A stretch of 64,000 bases of DNA from Oxalobacteraceae bacterium UBA4003 (GCA_002384815.1 DGBN01000046.1:25489-89488); one strand, 5' to 3'; shown: positions 48,421 through 59,511, counted from the first letter of the stretch. Made by a program: numbers and translations. The notes: a model not told the origin generated them from the sequence alone.

Positions 48421-49710
48421 ATGTCATCCAATAACGAAATTCTTTTCGCCCGCGCTCAAAAAAGTACGCCGGGCGGCGTTAATTCGCCAGTCCGTGCCTT
48501 CCGTTCTGTCGGTGGCACACCACGTTTCATTAACCGCGCTGAAGGTCCTTACTTCTGGGATGCCGACGATAGACGCTACATCGATTACATCGGCTCATGG
48601 GGTCCTGCAATCGTCGGTCATGCGCACCCGGATGTCGTCAAGGCGGTGCAGGATGCAGCGACGCGCGGCCTGAGTTTCGGCGCGCCGACCGAAGGCGAAA
48701 TCCAGATGGCGGAATTGATCTGCCAACTGGTGCCATCGATCGAACAGGTACGTCTGGTTTCCAGCGGTACCGAAGCCGCGATGAGCGCCCTGCGCCTGGC
48801 GCGTGGCGCAACCGGCCGCGACAAGATCATCAAGTTTGAAGGCTGCTATCACGGGCATGCCGATTCACTGCTGGTGAAAGCCGGCAGCGGCTTGCTGACC
48901 TTCGGCAACCCGACTTCGGCCGGCGTACCGGAAGATTTCGCCAGGCACACGCTGGTACTCGACTATAACAATCCACAGCAACTAGCAGATACCTTCAAGG
49001 AAATCGGTGACCAGATTGCCTGCGTAATCGTCGAGCCGGTTGCCGGCAATATGAATCTGCTGCCGGCCACACCTGAGTTCCTGCAAACCATGCGCAAGGT
49101 CTGCTCGCAATACGGCGCTGTATTGATTTTTGATGAAGTGATGTCCGGCTTCCGCGTCGCACTTGGCGGTGCACAATCGATTTACGATATCCAGCCGGAT
49201 CTGACGGTATTGGGCAAAGTAATAGGCGGCGGTTTGCCGGTCGCCGCTTTCGGCGGTCGTGCCGATCTGATGCAGCATCTTGCGCCTTTGGGTGGCGTGT
49301 ATCAGGCCGGCACCTTGTCGGGCAATCCGGTTACCGTTGCCGCTGGTTTGGCAACATTGAAATTGATACAGGCTCCCGGTTTTTACGAATCTCTGACAAC
49401 GCAAACGACAAAACTGGTGACAGGTTTTACCGCAGCAGCGCGCGCAACCAATATCTCGTTCTCCGCCAATTCTGTGGGCGGCATGTTTGGCATGTATTTC
49501 GCCACAGAGAAACCACTGTCTTATACAGAAATGATGCAGTGCGATACAGCGCAGTTCAATACCTTCTTCCACGCCATGCTGGACGCCGGCATCTATCTGG
49601 CACCGTCGGCGTTTGAAGCCGGCTTTGTGTCCGCACAGCACGACGACGCAACGATCGAAGCGAGTATTGCTGCGGCCCGTACTGCATTTGCAAAACTGGC
49701 AGGGAAATAA
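48421..49710 (+). CDS. hemL: Glutamate-1-semialdehyde 2,1-aminomutase
   Basis: [35 protein letters not shown]-lysine LGKVIGGG. Confidence 0.97.
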   Translation: MSSNNEILFARAQKSTPGGVNSPVRAFRSVGGTPRFINRAEGPYFWDADDRRYIDYIGSWGPAIVGHAHPDVVKAVQDAATRGLSFGAPTEGEIQMAELICQLVPSIEQVRLVSSGTEAAMSALRLARGATGRDKIIKFEGCYHGHADSLLVKAGSGLLTFGNPTSAGVPEDFARHTLVLDYNNPQQLADTFKEIGDQIACVIVEPVAGNMNLLPATPEFLQTMRKVCSQYGAVLIFDEVMSGFRVALGGAQSIYDIQPDLTVLGKVIGGGLPVAAFGGRADLMQHLAPLGGVYQAGTLSGNPVTVAAGLATLKLIQAPGFYESLTTQTTKLVTGFTAAARATNISFSANSVGGMFGMYFATEKPLSYTEMMQCDTAQFNTFFHAMLDAGIYLAPSAFEAGFVSAQHDDATIEASIAAARTAFAKLAGK

Positions 49711-49718
49711 AATCCGGC

Positions 49719-49746
49719 TTTCCACGCGCAGCAATGCGCGTGGAAA
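49719..49746. terminator. Hairpin between the convergent hemL and corA genes
   Basis: TTTCCACGCGCA-GCAA-TGCGCGTGGAAA inverted repeat. Confidence 0.6.
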
Positions 49747-49767
49747 AGAAACGGCAGGGAAATCCTC

Positions 49768-50736
49768 TTATTTTTTCAGCCAGCCGCGACGACGGAAATA
49801 CCAGAACGGCGTCACCGCAGAAGCGACCATCAATACAATTGCCAGCGGATAGCCTAGGGACCAATCCAGCTCCGGCATAATCCTGAAGTTCATCCCGTAA
49901 ATACTGGCGATCAGAGTTGGTGGCAGAAAAGCGACCGAGGCGACAGAAAAAATCTTGATGATTTTATTCTGGTTGATGTTAATGAAGCCAACCGTGGCAT
50001 CCATCAGGAAATTGATCTTGTCGAACAGGAAAGCGGTGTGGCCGTCCAGCGACTCGATGTCGCGCATAATCTGCCGCGCCTCGTCAAACTGCTCTGAATT
50101 CAACAGGCGACCGCGCATCAAAAAGCTGACGGCACGACGCGTATCCATCATGTTGCGTCGTATGCGCCCGTTCAAATCCTCCTCCTGCGCAATCGCACTC
50201 AAGGCGCTGGCGGCATCTGCATCGGTAAGTTCTTCCTGCAGAACGGAATGGCTGACCTTGTCCAGGTTTTCATAGACGCCCTCCAGCACATCCGCCGAAT
50301 ACTCGGCATCGGTTGCATACAAATCGAGCAATACATCCTTGTAATCGGCAATCGAACCAGGACGCGAACGCGCGCGCATGCGTACCAGACGGAAGATAGG
50401 CAAATCTTCCGAGTGAACAGAAAACAGCATGTCCTTGGCCAGAATGAAAGCCACCGTGATCACGCGTGACGGGCCATCATCTTCTTCCAGCAGGAAGTCG
50501 GTACGCAGATGCAGATCGCCGTTTTCCGCTTCGTAATAACGGGCCGACGCTTCAATATCCTTGACTTCATCTTCGTCCGGCAGGGTCACGCCGTAAATAC
50601 TCTTGACCCAATCACGTTCGTGATCATTCGGATCTGTCAGATCAACCCATACCGGCGTAGTGTTTTCAAGATCGGCACGGCTGTCGATGTTAACCTGATT
50701 CAGGCGACCATTTTGCAATACAAATACATTGATCAT
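49768..50736 (-). CDS. corA: Magnesium/cobalt transporter
   Basis: YGMNF signature and two C-terminal TM helices. Start set at ATG 50736. Confidence 0.95.
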   Translation of the reverse strand: MINVFVLQNGRLNQVNIDSRADLENTTPVWVDLTDPNDHERDWVKSIYGVTLPDEDEVKDIEASARYYEAENGDLHLRTDFLLEEDDGPSRVITVAFILAKDMLFSVHSEDLPIFRLVRMRARSRPGSIADYKDVLLDLYATDAEYSADVLEGVYENLDKVSHSVLQEELTDADAASALSAIAQEEDLNGRIRRNMMDTRRAVSFLMRGRLLNSEQFDEARQIMRDIESLDGHTAFLFDKINFLMDATVGFININQNKIIKIFSVASVAFLPPTLIASIYGMNFRIMPELDWSLGYPLAIVLMVASAVTPFWYFRRRGWLKK

Positions 50737-51049
50737 AAGCTCTCCCAGTCGCGTCAGAGACACCAGCCATTACTGATGTAACACACAACCCATCCCGCAG
50801 AGCGGCTCTGCGGGGTCATTAAATTTTGAGGGAACGCGGCCGTCAAACAGGCCTGGACGCGACCACCCACCGAATCGGCGAGAGGCGCTATGGAGCATAA
50901 GCGTTAAGCGCTATCTCGCAGATTGACCGTCAAAAACGGCTGACAACATAAATAAGGACTACCCAAGACGGGTCTCCGGAAACGAAAACAGCGCAAGTGT
51001 ACTGACAAGTCCAACGGCAGGCAAGTCACTCCGGTTGACATATGTATTA

Positions 51050-51748
51050 TTATCGCGGCAATTCGGCCGAACCCATACGGCGCAAAATCAATTCCGTTCG
51101 ACGTCCCAGATAGGCGGTACCGCGATGCGTGTCATAGAACCGCGGGTTCGGTAGCATGACCGCCAGCCGTGCAGCCTGTGCCGCACTCAGTTGCGCTGCC
51201 GACGTACCGTAATAATGCCGGGCGGCGGCTTCGGCGCCAAAAACACCGACACCCCACTCGACGACGTTTAAATAAATTTCAAAAATACGCTCTTTGTCCA
51301 TCCAGTATTCGAGCATATAAGTAATCACCACTTCCTGTCCTTTGCGGATATAGCTGCGATCGCCGGACAGGAACAGATTCTTTGCCAGTTGCTGCGTGAT
51401 GGTCGAACCGCCTGCCACCACCCTGCCTTTCCTGATATTTTTTTCGTGGGCTTTTTCCAGTGCTACCCAATCGATACCTTCATGACCGGAAAAGTTGGCG
51501 TCTTCAGAAGCGATAATCGCACGCTTCAGATTATTGGAAATGCGATTGTACGGAACCCATTTATGCTTGAGTTTCGCCGGCGGATTCTTGTTCTGCAACA
51601 ACGATAGTTGCTGGCGCATGAAACTGGTGGAATCAGGGTTGTGATTGACCCACCAGCCTATTTGCAAAAAGAAATAAAGCTGCATCAGCAGAACCAGCAA
51701 AATCGGCACCAGAATCAGCCAGAACAATAGCTTGCGCAGAATTTTCAT
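51050..51748 (-). CDS. mtgA: Monofunctional peptidoglycan transglycosylase
   Basis: [33 protein letters not shown]. Confidence 0.95.
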   Translation of the reverse strand: MKILRKLLFWLILVPILLVLLMQLYFFLQIGWWVNHNPDSTSFMRQQLSLLQNKNPPAKLKHKWVPYNRISNNLKRAIIASEDANFSGHEGIDWVALEKAHEKNIRKGRVVAGGSTITQQLAKNLFLSGDRSYIRKGQEVVITYMLEYWMDKERIFEIYLNVVEWGVGVFGAEAAARHYYGTSAAQLSAAQAARLAVMLPNPRFYDTHRGTAYLGRRTELILRRMGSAELPR

Positions 51749-51785
51749 TTTATCGATTCAAATGGAAGCGTGGATCGCGCAAGAC

Positions 51786-52607
51786 CTAGAGCTGTGCACG
51801 CAATTCTGCAAATACCGCAGCGGTCTCGGGACGTACGCCGCGCCACAGATAAAACGATTCTGCCGCCTGCTCCACCAGCATGCCAAGGCCATCGCGCGCG
51901 ATCGCGCCGTGTTGTGTCGCAAAGCGCATGAAGGCTGTCGGCTGTGCGCCATACATCATGTCGTAAGCCAGCGTATGCGCAGAAAAAACGCGCGGCGAAA
52001 TCGGCGGCACTTCCGATGCCAGGCTGGCCGCTGTTGCATTGATCACGATATCGAAGGAATCTTCCAGATCTGCAAACGCGCCGACCTTCAGACGCGGCTG
52101 CGCGGCAAACCGATGCGCCAGATCCAGCGCCCTGGTGTGCGTGCGATTGGCCAATACCAGTCTGGCCGGCTGTTCGTGCAGCAAAGGCAGGAGTACGCCG
52201 CGCGCCGCGCCGCCAGCCCCCAGCAAGAGCACCGATTTATTGGCGATCTCAATCTTGGCATTATGCACAATATCGCTGACCAGGCCAAAGCCATCGGTGT
52301 TATCGCCCAGCATTTCAGCGCCATCGAACTTCAAGGTATTGACTGCGCCGGCGGCACGCGCACGCTCGGTCAGCGCCGTCGCCAGCGCATACGCTTCCAG
52401 CTTGAAAGGCACCGTCACATTCAAACCCTTGCCGCCATTGCGCACAAAATCCTGTACTGTCGCCAGAAAACCGTCCAATGGTGCAAGCAGATGATCGTAG
52501 TGCATATCCTGCTGCGTCTGTGTGGCAAATCGTGCATGAATATCCGGCGATTTGCTATGTGCTATCGGATTGCCGATGACGGCATAACGGTCAGTCATGA
52601 TACTCAC
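51786..52607 (-). CDS. aroE: Shikimate dehydrogenase
   Basis: GNPIAHSKSP, NVTVPFK, AVNT, DNTD, GAGGAARG, MLVEQA. Confidence 0.96.
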   Translation of the reverse strand: MSIMTDRYAVIGNPIAHSKSPDIHARFATQTQQDMHYDHLLAPLDGFLATVQDFVRNGGKGLNVTVPFKLEAYALATALTERARAAGAVNTLKFDGAEMLGDNTDGFGLVSDIVHNAKIEIANKSVLLLGAGGAARGVLLPLLHEQPARLVLANRTHTRALDLAHRFAAQPRLKVGAFADLEDSFDIVINATAASLASEVPPISPRVFSAHTLAYDMMYGAQPTAFMRFATQHGAIARDGLGMLVEQAAESFYLWRGVRPETAAVFAELRAQL

Positions 52608-53498
52608 TCATTGTCCTCGTGTTTCTGTTTGCAGCGCGTCATCGCGCGTGAAACTGAAGCGCGTAATGATTTCCCATACATCGTCCTTGCCGCTGGAACG
52701 CATATTCTCGGGAAATTTACCGAAGGGAACGGAACGCCGGACGATATTCAACGCCGCCTGATCCAGCGCCGGATTGCCGGAAGAACGTTCAACCCGCGGT
52801 CCGCCATCCTTCATGTAGATCGTACCATCCTGAAAAATCGGGATGAAGAGAATCAGCTCGCCATATAACTTCTTGCCGTCCTTCTGCGGAAAGTTGAGCG
52901 TACCGTATTTTTCTATTCGATCCTGGAAGGCTTTGTAATACGCGGCATAACCAACCTCGCGTGTACTCGGCGTCACTTGTGTTTTTTTCGGCCGCTTGTT
53001 GTAATCCTCTATACTGCGTGCAATTTCCGCTTCGCGACGCAACAGAGCTTTCGCGCTATCCAGTATGTCGGTCGCATTGCGTTGCGGCAGCAGGTCTTTC
53101 ACCGGCTCGACATCCGTCACCTGCGGCGCACGGAACGGAGTTTTCCTGGCCAACTGCGACAGTAGTTTCTGCTGATGCCGCTCCAGTTCTTCCACCTTGC
53201 GCCTGGCCGCCTTGGCGCTATCGCCATCTTCGCTTTGGCGTAAATCCGGCAACGGCGATTTGGCGCGTCCGGTATCCGCATTGCCGCCACCGTCGAGATT
53301 GGCTTGCGCCAGCGCATCGGCTTTCAGCGGCGCCTTGTCATGCTTGGCGTTGACCAGTATCACTTCCAGCCCGGGATCAGTCGGCTGTAACTTGAACGCT
53401 TCCGGCACCGTAAAGCGTACAGCCAGCAACACAGCATGCGCCAGCACAGACGCGGTGACGGCGATGGTAAGGGTGCGATTCTGGGCTAGGAATTTCAC
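52608..53498 (-). CDS. TonB-family protein (N-terminal TM anchor, C-terminal TonB domain)
   Basis: SVLAHAVLL TM helix and C-terminal ...SSGNPALDQAALNIVRRS. Confidence 0.8.
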   Translation of the reverse strand: MKFLAQNRTLTIAVTASVLAHAVLLAVRFTVPEAFKLQPTDPGLEVILVNAKHDKAPLKADALAQANLDGGGNADTGRAKSPLPDLRQSEDGDSAKAARRKVEELERHQQKLLSQLARKTPFRAPQVTDVEPVKDLLPQRNATDILDSAKALLRREAEIARSIEDYNKRPKKTQVTPSTREVGYAAYYKAFQDRIEKYGTLNFPQKDGKKLYGELILFIPIFQDGTIYMKDGGPRVERSSGNPALDQAALNIVRRSVPFGKFPENMRSSGKDDVWEIITRFSFTRDDALQTETRGQ

Positions 53499-53578
53499 GC
53501 GTGAAATGGCTGTCGCTGATAATAGAAGGAATGAATTCTACGGCAAACGCCCACCGAATTTAAGCAAGTTGCCATCTC

Positions 53579-55666
53579 TTATTTCGGCACGACTGTGGAT
53601 GCGCGCTCTTCCTGCAATTCTTTCAGTGATTCGTCCAGCGGTTTTTCCACTGCTTCAGCTGCCACCTGCTCATCCGGCACCGGTTCGGCATCGCTTTCCA
53701 GCAAATCTTCACTCATGTCTTCATCGAGTTCGGCTTGCGGCGAGTTGCCAGCATCGTGCGTAATGTCGAGCAGACGCGCTTCTATCGTCAAATCAATTTC
53801 GTCCCAACGCAACAAATCAAGCCGGACTTGCGAGCCGCGTGCCACCTGCGGCATACCGGGTAATTTGATGACCAACGGAATATCGGTCAGACGCAGGATT
53901 TCTTCCTTCAAGACAGCCGCTTCGACCTTGATGGTTTCGTCCCTGCCTTTTTCCTGACTCAGCCAGCGCAGGCACCAGTAGCGCTCCATGTCGGACTGGA
54001 ACGCAGCATAAGCGCTGTACGCAGCATCGAAGGCGGAAACGATCGCAAACAGATCCGCATCGCGTTGCTTGAACGGCGCCACCAGTTGTGCAGTCACCCC
54101 ATTATCGACACAAGCGAGAATCTGCCATTGATTGACCAGATCGGTATAGCGACGCAAAGGCGAAGTACTCCACGCATACTGATCGACGCCCAGACCCTGA
54201 TGCGGCGCGGCATGCGTCTGCATGCGCACTTGCATCTTCGCCGCCCAGCCATTACCCGAGCCGCCACCTTGTGCGCGATAAATGCCGGGTACGCCATGTT
54301 CGTGCAGCAGTTTGCCCCAGCTGCTGTTGGTAAGAATCGCCAGCTCGGCGACGATCTTGTCCAGCGGTGCGCCACGTTTACGGCGCTGAATCGAGACCAC
54401 ATCATTTTCAACGTAGAAGTTGAAATCGACGCGATTATTCTGTTCCGGCCGCAAACCGAAACTTTCACGTTTGGCCATGCGCCCCTGCTCCAGTACCTGC
54501 GCCCATTTCCACAACAAGGAAATATCATCCTTGTAGGGATAATCACCAGCACCTGCGGCAAGATTCTCTTCCGTGACATAGGCATCGAGATCGTTGTGGC
54601 GCAGATTGGCGGCAATCGGCACGCGTTCGGCACGCGTTTCACTCGCGATCACCGACCAATCGGCCGGGTCCAGCGTCACATACAGCGATAGCGCAGGACA
54701 GACCCTGCCTTCAGCCAGCGTGTACGCATCGACCAGTTCATCCGGCAGCATCGTGATCTTGTCGCCCGGCATATAGACGGTCGACAAACGCTGACGCGCA
54801 ATCGCATCCAGCGCATCGTCGCGTTTGATGCCCAATGCAGGAGCTGCGATATGAATACCGATGCACACCTTGCCATCCGGCAGCCGCGTGACAGACATCG
54901 CATCATCGATTTCCGTCGTCGTCACATCGTCGATGGAAAATGCCTGCACGTCGGCAAGCGGCAAGTCAGGTAACACAGGAATCGCGACTTCAGGAAACGC
55001 TATGCCTTTAGGGAAAAACTCAAACAGAAACCTGGAAAAATGCAGTTCCTTGGCCGAGGCAATACCGCCGACTGCCAGCATCAGGCGCTGCGGTGCCATC
55101 TGCAATTCGCCGCAGGCGGTGTCCAGCGCCTTGTACTCGATGGAATTCTTGTCCGGCTTGAATAACAGTTGTCGCACCAGCGGACGCATCGCTTCCGGCA
55201 GACGGTGGGCCTTCAACTCTTCTACGTATTGCGCCTGAATCAAGGCCTGTTGACGTTTCTTCTCCAGGCCTGCCAGCGCCGCTTTCAACGACGCCTCCGG
55301 CGCGGCCTTGTAACGGCCCTTGCCTTTTTTGTAGAAATAAATCGGCGCCGCATGCAAACGCAATATCAAACCCGCAGCCTCATGCGGCTTGGGCGTATGA
55401 CCAAAATATTCTGTGCCCAATTCGGCAAAGCCGAACTCTTCCTGCCCTGCCACTTCCCACAGAAAATCGAGATCGATGTCTTCTGCTATGGCATGTGCAT
55501 CCACCATGAATTCGGTCGGAGATGGCGACGCAAACTGCAACAGCACATCCTTGGCGCGAACTTTGGCGCGCTTGCCCGAAGGCATTTCAACCTGAAATGC
55601 CTCGCCCTGCTGCGACATCGATACGCCGGCCTTGAAGTCACCGGATTCATCAAAAAATAGATTCAT
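53579..55666 (-). CDS. rnb: RNB-domain 3'-5' exoribonuclease (RNase II family)
   Basis: FSIDDVTTTEIDDA, HIAAP, TSPLRRYTDL. Confidence 0.9.
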   Translation of the reverse strand: MNLFFDESGDFKAGVSMSQQGEAFQVEMPSGKRAKVRAKDVLLQFASPSPTEFMVDAHAIAEDIDLDFLWEVAGQEEFGFAELGTEYFGHTPKPHEAAGLILRLHAAPIYFYKKGKGRYKAAPEASLKAALAGLEKKRQQALIQAQYVEELKAHRLPEAMRPLVRQLLFKPDKNSIEYKALDTACGELQMAPQRLMLAVGGIASAKELHFSRFLFEFFPKGIAFPEVAIPVLPDLPLADVQAFSIDDVTTTEIDDAMSVTRLPDGKVCIGIHIAAPALGIKRDDALDAIARQRLSTVYMPGDKITMLPDELVDAYTLAEGRVCPALSLYVTLDPADWSVIASETRAERVPIAANLRHNDLDAYVTEENLAAGAGDYPYKDDISLLWKWAQVLEQGRMAKRESFGLRPEQNNRVDFNFYVENDVVSIQRRKRGAPLDKIVAELAILTNSSWGKLLHEHGVPGIYRAQGGGSGNGWAAKMQVRMQTHAAPHQGLGVDQYAWSTSPLRRYTDLVNQWQILACVDNGVTAQLVAPFKQRDADLFAIVSAFDAAYSAYAAFQSDMERYWCLRWLSQEKGRDETIKVEAAVLKEEILRLTDIPLVIKLPGMPQVARGSQVRLDLLRWDEIDLTIEARLLDITHDAGNSPQAELDEDMSEDLLESDAEPVPDEQVAAEAVEKPLDESLKELQEERASTVVPK

Positions 55667-55765
55667 TCAATACTTTGCTTGTTTGGTTGTTCGTCGAACA
55701 GGTGCACTCGCCAATCGACTCCACATGTACAGCAGGAACCGATTACGCATTTATCCAGCCCACCC

Positions 55766-56347
55766 TTATGCGTTTTGATTTTGCCGGAGGTGGACAATCT
55801 CCGGCAGAAAAACTTCAGTTACCAGCAGCAAGCCATGGCCGCGTTTATACAGACAGCGCCGCGCCAGCAAGGGTCCATGCAAGCGGACATCCACCGCTGC
55901 CGCAGCGCGTATCGCCAGCGGATGCTGTGCATGCAAACGTGCATATTCCAGTTCGCCACGCCACACACGTGGATCGCCAAACAGGGTCGTTCCCAGCGAA
56001 CGTTCGCCGAGGCGGCCGAAAAAAGGCCAGTCGGACGCGGTAGCGGAAAGCGGTACGATCGTATGCGCATAGACCATCGCTTTTTCATCGCAACGCAACA
56101 GTACTTCGCGTTCCTGCACCTGCACGCGACGCGGCAATGCCACTGCAGCCACTTCATCCGGCAGCGCCAGCGCCAGCCGTTGCGCCAGACGTTGTACGCG
56201 AAAACATTCGCAACACGCAATCAACTTCTTCGTCAGCGACATCGTATCGGTCAACCAATGCCGCATGGCCTGCGGTGGATTGACTCCATTCACATGCGGA
56301 AACCATTTTGCTTGCGACACCGCACCGCCTCTCGCTTGATGCCTCAC
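55766..56347 (-). CDS. ubiC: Chorismate lyase (UbiC-like)
   Basis: WLTDTMSLT, REVLL, LGERSLG, ARR...LLVTEVFLP. The GTG start overlaps the yqiA stop (GTGA). Confidence 0.75.
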   Translation of the reverse strand: MRHQARGGAVSQAKWFPHVNGVNPPQAMRHWLTDTMSLTKKLIACCECFRVQRLAQRLALALPDEVAAVALPRRVQVQEREVLLRCDEKAMVYAHTIVPLSATASDWPFFGRLGERSLGTTLFGDPRVWRGELEYARLHAQHPLAIRAAAAVDVRLHGPLLARRCLYKRGHGLLLVTEVFLPEIVHLRQNQNA

Positions 56348-56928
56348 TGCGCTGCTCCTGCAGCTACGCCGCAAAAAGCCAGCACCTCATCTGCATAAAG
56401 CGAAAAATCGGATAAGCCGTGATCACCGCCTTCAATCACGCGTTGCCGCGCTCGCGGGAATTGCACCACCATTTCACGCCAGTCGAGCACTTCATCGCCA
56501 GTTGCAGCAATCAAGAAGTAGCGTTCCGGATGCGTCGTTTTCTGCACCTCCAGCGCCTTCAATTCTTCAATATATGCAGGCTTGAATTCAAATGCTTCGT
56601 TCGAGTGATATTGCGTTTTGACACCGACCTGCGTTGCCAGATCGCGCGCCGCATGCACGGCAGGATTGAGCAAAACAGCTCGGCATCCCAGCCGCTCTGC
56701 CAGCCAGGTAGCGTAATAACCGCCCAGCGAGGAGCCGATCAAAGTCAGCTCGGCTGGCGCAATGTTGCCAACCATCTTCAGCGCAAGTTCCACCGCTGCA
56801 CGCGGTGATGCCGGCAATTGCGGACAAATATATTCATCGCCGCGCCCAAGTGCCTGCATGCGTGCAGCCAGCAAACTGGTTTTAGTCGATAACGGCGATG
56901 AACGAAAACCGTGCAGATACAAAATCAT
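56344..56928 (-). CDS. YqiA/YcfP-family alpha/beta esterase
   Basis: LYLHGFRSSP, GSSLGG nucleophile elbow, GDEVLD, GGDH. Confidence 0.9.
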   Translation of the reverse strand: MILYLHGFRSSPLSTKTSLLAARMQALGRGDEYICPQLPASPRAAVELALKMVGNIAPAELTLIGSSLGGYYATWLAERLGCRAVLLNPAVHAARDLATQVGVKTQYHSNEAFEFKPAYIEELKALEVQKTTHPERYFLIAATGDEVLDWREMVVQFPRARQRVIEGGDHGLSDFSLYADEVLAFCGVAAGAAQ

Positions 56929-58298
56929 TGCGCCAGCACATCCAGAATTTTTTGATGCACGCCACTAAAGCCACCATTACTCATGACCAGAATCTGATCG
57001 CCCGGTCGGGCGCTTTTTGCAATCGCTGCCACCAGTGCATTCAAATCGTTGAAAGCGCAGCCTTTGTCACCCAGCGGCACCAGCACTTCCGCCAGATCCC
57101 AGCCAAGCGCATCCTTGCCGCTGGCGCCATAGCCGAACACCAGATCGGCATCAAGCAGGCTGCCGGGCAAGGCTTCTTTCATCGTGCCGAGTTTCATCGT
57201 ATTCGAACGCGGTTCCAGCACTGCCAGGATGCGTGACTTGCCGACTTTCTTGCGCAAGCCGGCCACCGTGGTCGCAATCGCGGTCGGATGATGGGCAAAG
57301 TCATCGTACACCGCGATATCGTTGACCACACCGCGCAATTCCATGCGGCGCTTGACGTTTTCAAATCGTCCCAGCGATGCAATCGCCTGCGCCGGCAACA
57401 CGCCGACATGACGTGCGGCGGCAATCGCAGCCAGCGCATTCATGCGGTTATGTTCGCCGGTCAGAGTCCAGTTCACGGTGCCCTGTTTTTCGCCATGGAA
57501 GAAAACATCGAAAGTATCATCGTCGTGCGTCGTCATGGCCCAACCGTCTTGACCACTAGTGCCAAACCATTCGGCTTCGCTCCAGCAGCCGCGCTTGATA
57601 ACACGTTGCAGAGATGCTTCGCGTGCATTGGCAATCACGCGGCCAACGCCGGGCACGGTTCGCACCAAATGATGGAACTGCGTTTCGATCGCGGCCAGAT
57701 CCGGGAAGATATCGGCGTGATCGTATTCCAGATTATTCAGGATCGCAGTTTTTGCGCGGTAATGAACGAACTTGCTGCGCTTGTCGAAAAAAGCCGTGTC
57801 GTACTCATCGGCTTCTATGACGAAAAAGGACGATTCCTTGCCAGTGCCGGACAGACGCGCGGAAATACCGAAATTCATCGGCACGCCACCAATCAGGAAA
57901 CCGGGATCGTAGCCGGCATCTTCCAGTATCCAGGTCAGCATGGAAGAAGTAGTAGTTTTACCATGTGTTCCTGCCACAGCGAGCACCCACTTACCTTGCA
58001 ATATATGTTCACCTATCCATTGCGGGCCGGAAGTATAGGGCAGCCCTCGATTGAGGATTTCCTCCATCAATGGATTGCCGCGCGAGACAACATTGCCGAT
58101 CACGTACAAATCGGGCTGCAGGCCGAGCTGCTCGGTGCCAAAACCTTCGATGAGTTTGATGCCTTGCGCTTCAAGCTGCGTGCTCATGGGCGGGTAAACG
58201 TTGGCATCACAACCGGTAACCGTATGGCCGGCAGCCTTTGCCAGTACCGCCAAACCACCCATGAAGGTGCCGCAAACGCCAAGTATGTGGATATGCAT
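56925..58298 (-). CDS. mpl: Murein peptide ligase
   Basis: IHILGVCGTFMGG, GTHGKTTTSS, EADEYDTAFFDKRSKF, DDFAHHP. Confidence 0.96.
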   Translation of the reverse strand: MHIHILGVCGTFMGGLAVLAKAAGHTVTGCDANVYPPMSTQLEAQGIKLIEGFGTEQLGLQPDLYVIGNVVSRGNPLMEEILNRGLPYTSGPQWIGEHILQGKWVLAVAGTHGKTTTSSMLTWILEDAGYDPGFLIGGVPMNFGISARLSGTGKESSFFVIEADEYDTAFFDKRSKFVHYRAKTAILNNLEYDHADIFPDLAAIETQFHHLVRTVPGVGRVIANAREASLQRVIKRGCWSEAEWFGTSGQDGWAMTTHDDDTFDVFFHGEKQGTVNWTLTGEHNRMNALAAIAAARHVGVLPAQAIASLGRFENVKRRMELRGVVNDIAVYDDFAHHPTAIATTVAGLRKKVGKSRILAVLEPRSNTMKLGTMKEALPGSLLDADLVFGYGASGKDALGWDLAEVLVPLGDKGCAFNDLNALVAAIAKSARPGDQILVMSNGGFSGVHQKILDVLAQ

Positions 58299-58372
58299 TG
58301 TACAATTTCGGATTGGAATAACGAGATTTTACCTGACGACGGGCTTGTGTCGGCGGGAGTATCATTCGCGCC

Positions 58373-58993
58373 ATGTCTATCCACTCCCTGTCCGATACCG
58401 AATTGCTGCGCGCCGAAATCGCTGCAGCGGCAGCCCGCATGATTGCCGAAGATGGTGTTGACTACGGCACCGCCAAGCGCAAGGCTGCCAAACAAATACT
58501 TGGCAATAACAAGGTCCGTGGCGATGTACTGCCGGATAACGCACTGCTTGAAGATGAGGTGCGTCTATATAACGAACTGTTTTTCAGCGACACTCAACCA
58601 GCACGCCTATTGCATTTACGCACTCTGGCTGTGCGTCTGATGACCGAACTGGCGCCGTTCCAGCCGCATTTGACGGGCGCGGTCCTGAATGGTACTGCTG
58701 GCGCGCATTCGGATATTCATCTGCAATTATTCGCCGACAGCCCGAAAGAGGTTGAAATTTATCTGCTGAACAAGCGCATCGATTTTGAAGTGTCGGAATC
58801 ACCCCATTTCAAGGGTCGCAACGAAGCAGTAGAAACGCTTAGTTTCATGTGGCAGCAGGAAGGCGTACATCTTGCGCTATATGAAACCGACGATTTGCGC
58901 GGCGCCATCAAAAAATCCTCCGCCGGCCGGCCGGAACGTGCCGATATCGAGTCAGTACGGGCTCTTGTCAAAGAAGGAAATGAACAGAAATGA
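58373..58993 (+). CDS. Conserved hypothetical protein with a nucleotidyltransferase-like motif
   Basis: 206-aa ORF with IAAAAARMIAEDG..YGTAKRKAA and GAVLNGTAGAHSDIHLQLF; coupled to tlpA by an ATGA overlap. Confidence 0.75.
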   Translation: MSIHSLSDTELLRAEIAAAAARMIAEDGVDYGTAKRKAAKQILGNNKVRGDVLPDNALLEDEVRLYNELFFSDTQPARLLHLRTLAVRLMTELAPFQPHLTGAVLNGTAGAHSDIHLQLFADSPKEVEIYLLNKRIDFEVSESPHFKGRNEAVETLSFMWQQEGVHLALYETDDLRGAIKKSSAGRPERADIESVRALVKEGNEQK

Positions 58994-59511
58994 AACGTAA
59001 TGCATTCTTATTTAGCGTCTTTGCACTGGTATTTGCCGGTATGGGTATTTATTTTGGGAACCGTCATCACACCCCGGCGGCGCCTGAATCGCCAGCGGTG
59101 GCAACTTTCTTTGCCCAACAACTGGAAGACGCCGATGGCGAGATGCATACCCTGTCCCAATGGCAGGGAAAAACACTGATTGTGAATTTTTGGGCGACAT
59201 GGTGCGCGCCATGCGTGGAAGAAATGCCGGAATTGACCGCCCTGCAAACCGAACTGGCACCACAAGGTATACAGATACTGGGCGTCGGCATCGACAACCC
59301 CGGCAATATTCGCGAGTTTGCCGCCAAATATAAAATCACCTACCCGCTTTACATTGCCGGAATGACCGGCACCGAGCTATCCAGACAGTTCGGCAATCAG
59401 GCTGGCGGCCTGCCTTTCACCGTCATTATCGGCCCCGACGGCGACATCAAAAAAACATATCTGGGGCGCCTGAAGATGGAACAGCTACGGGCAGACGTCC
59501 GCTCTCTTTAG
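58990..59511 (+). CDS. TlpA-family thiol:disulfide oxidoreductase
   Basis: N-terminal TM anchor and VNFWATWCAPCVEEMP. Confidence 0.92.
   Translation: MKRNAFLFSVFALVFAGMGIYFGNRHHTPAAPESPAVATFFAQQLEDADGEMHTLSQWQGKTLIVNFWATWCAPCVEEMPELTALQTELAPQGIQILGVGIDNPGNIREFAAKYKITYPLYIAGMTGTELSRQFGNQAGGLPFTVIIGPDGDIKKTYLGRLKMEQLRADVRSL

Noticed and set aside
57288-58442. 384-aa plus-strand ORF
   Set aside because: Antisense shadow of mpl.
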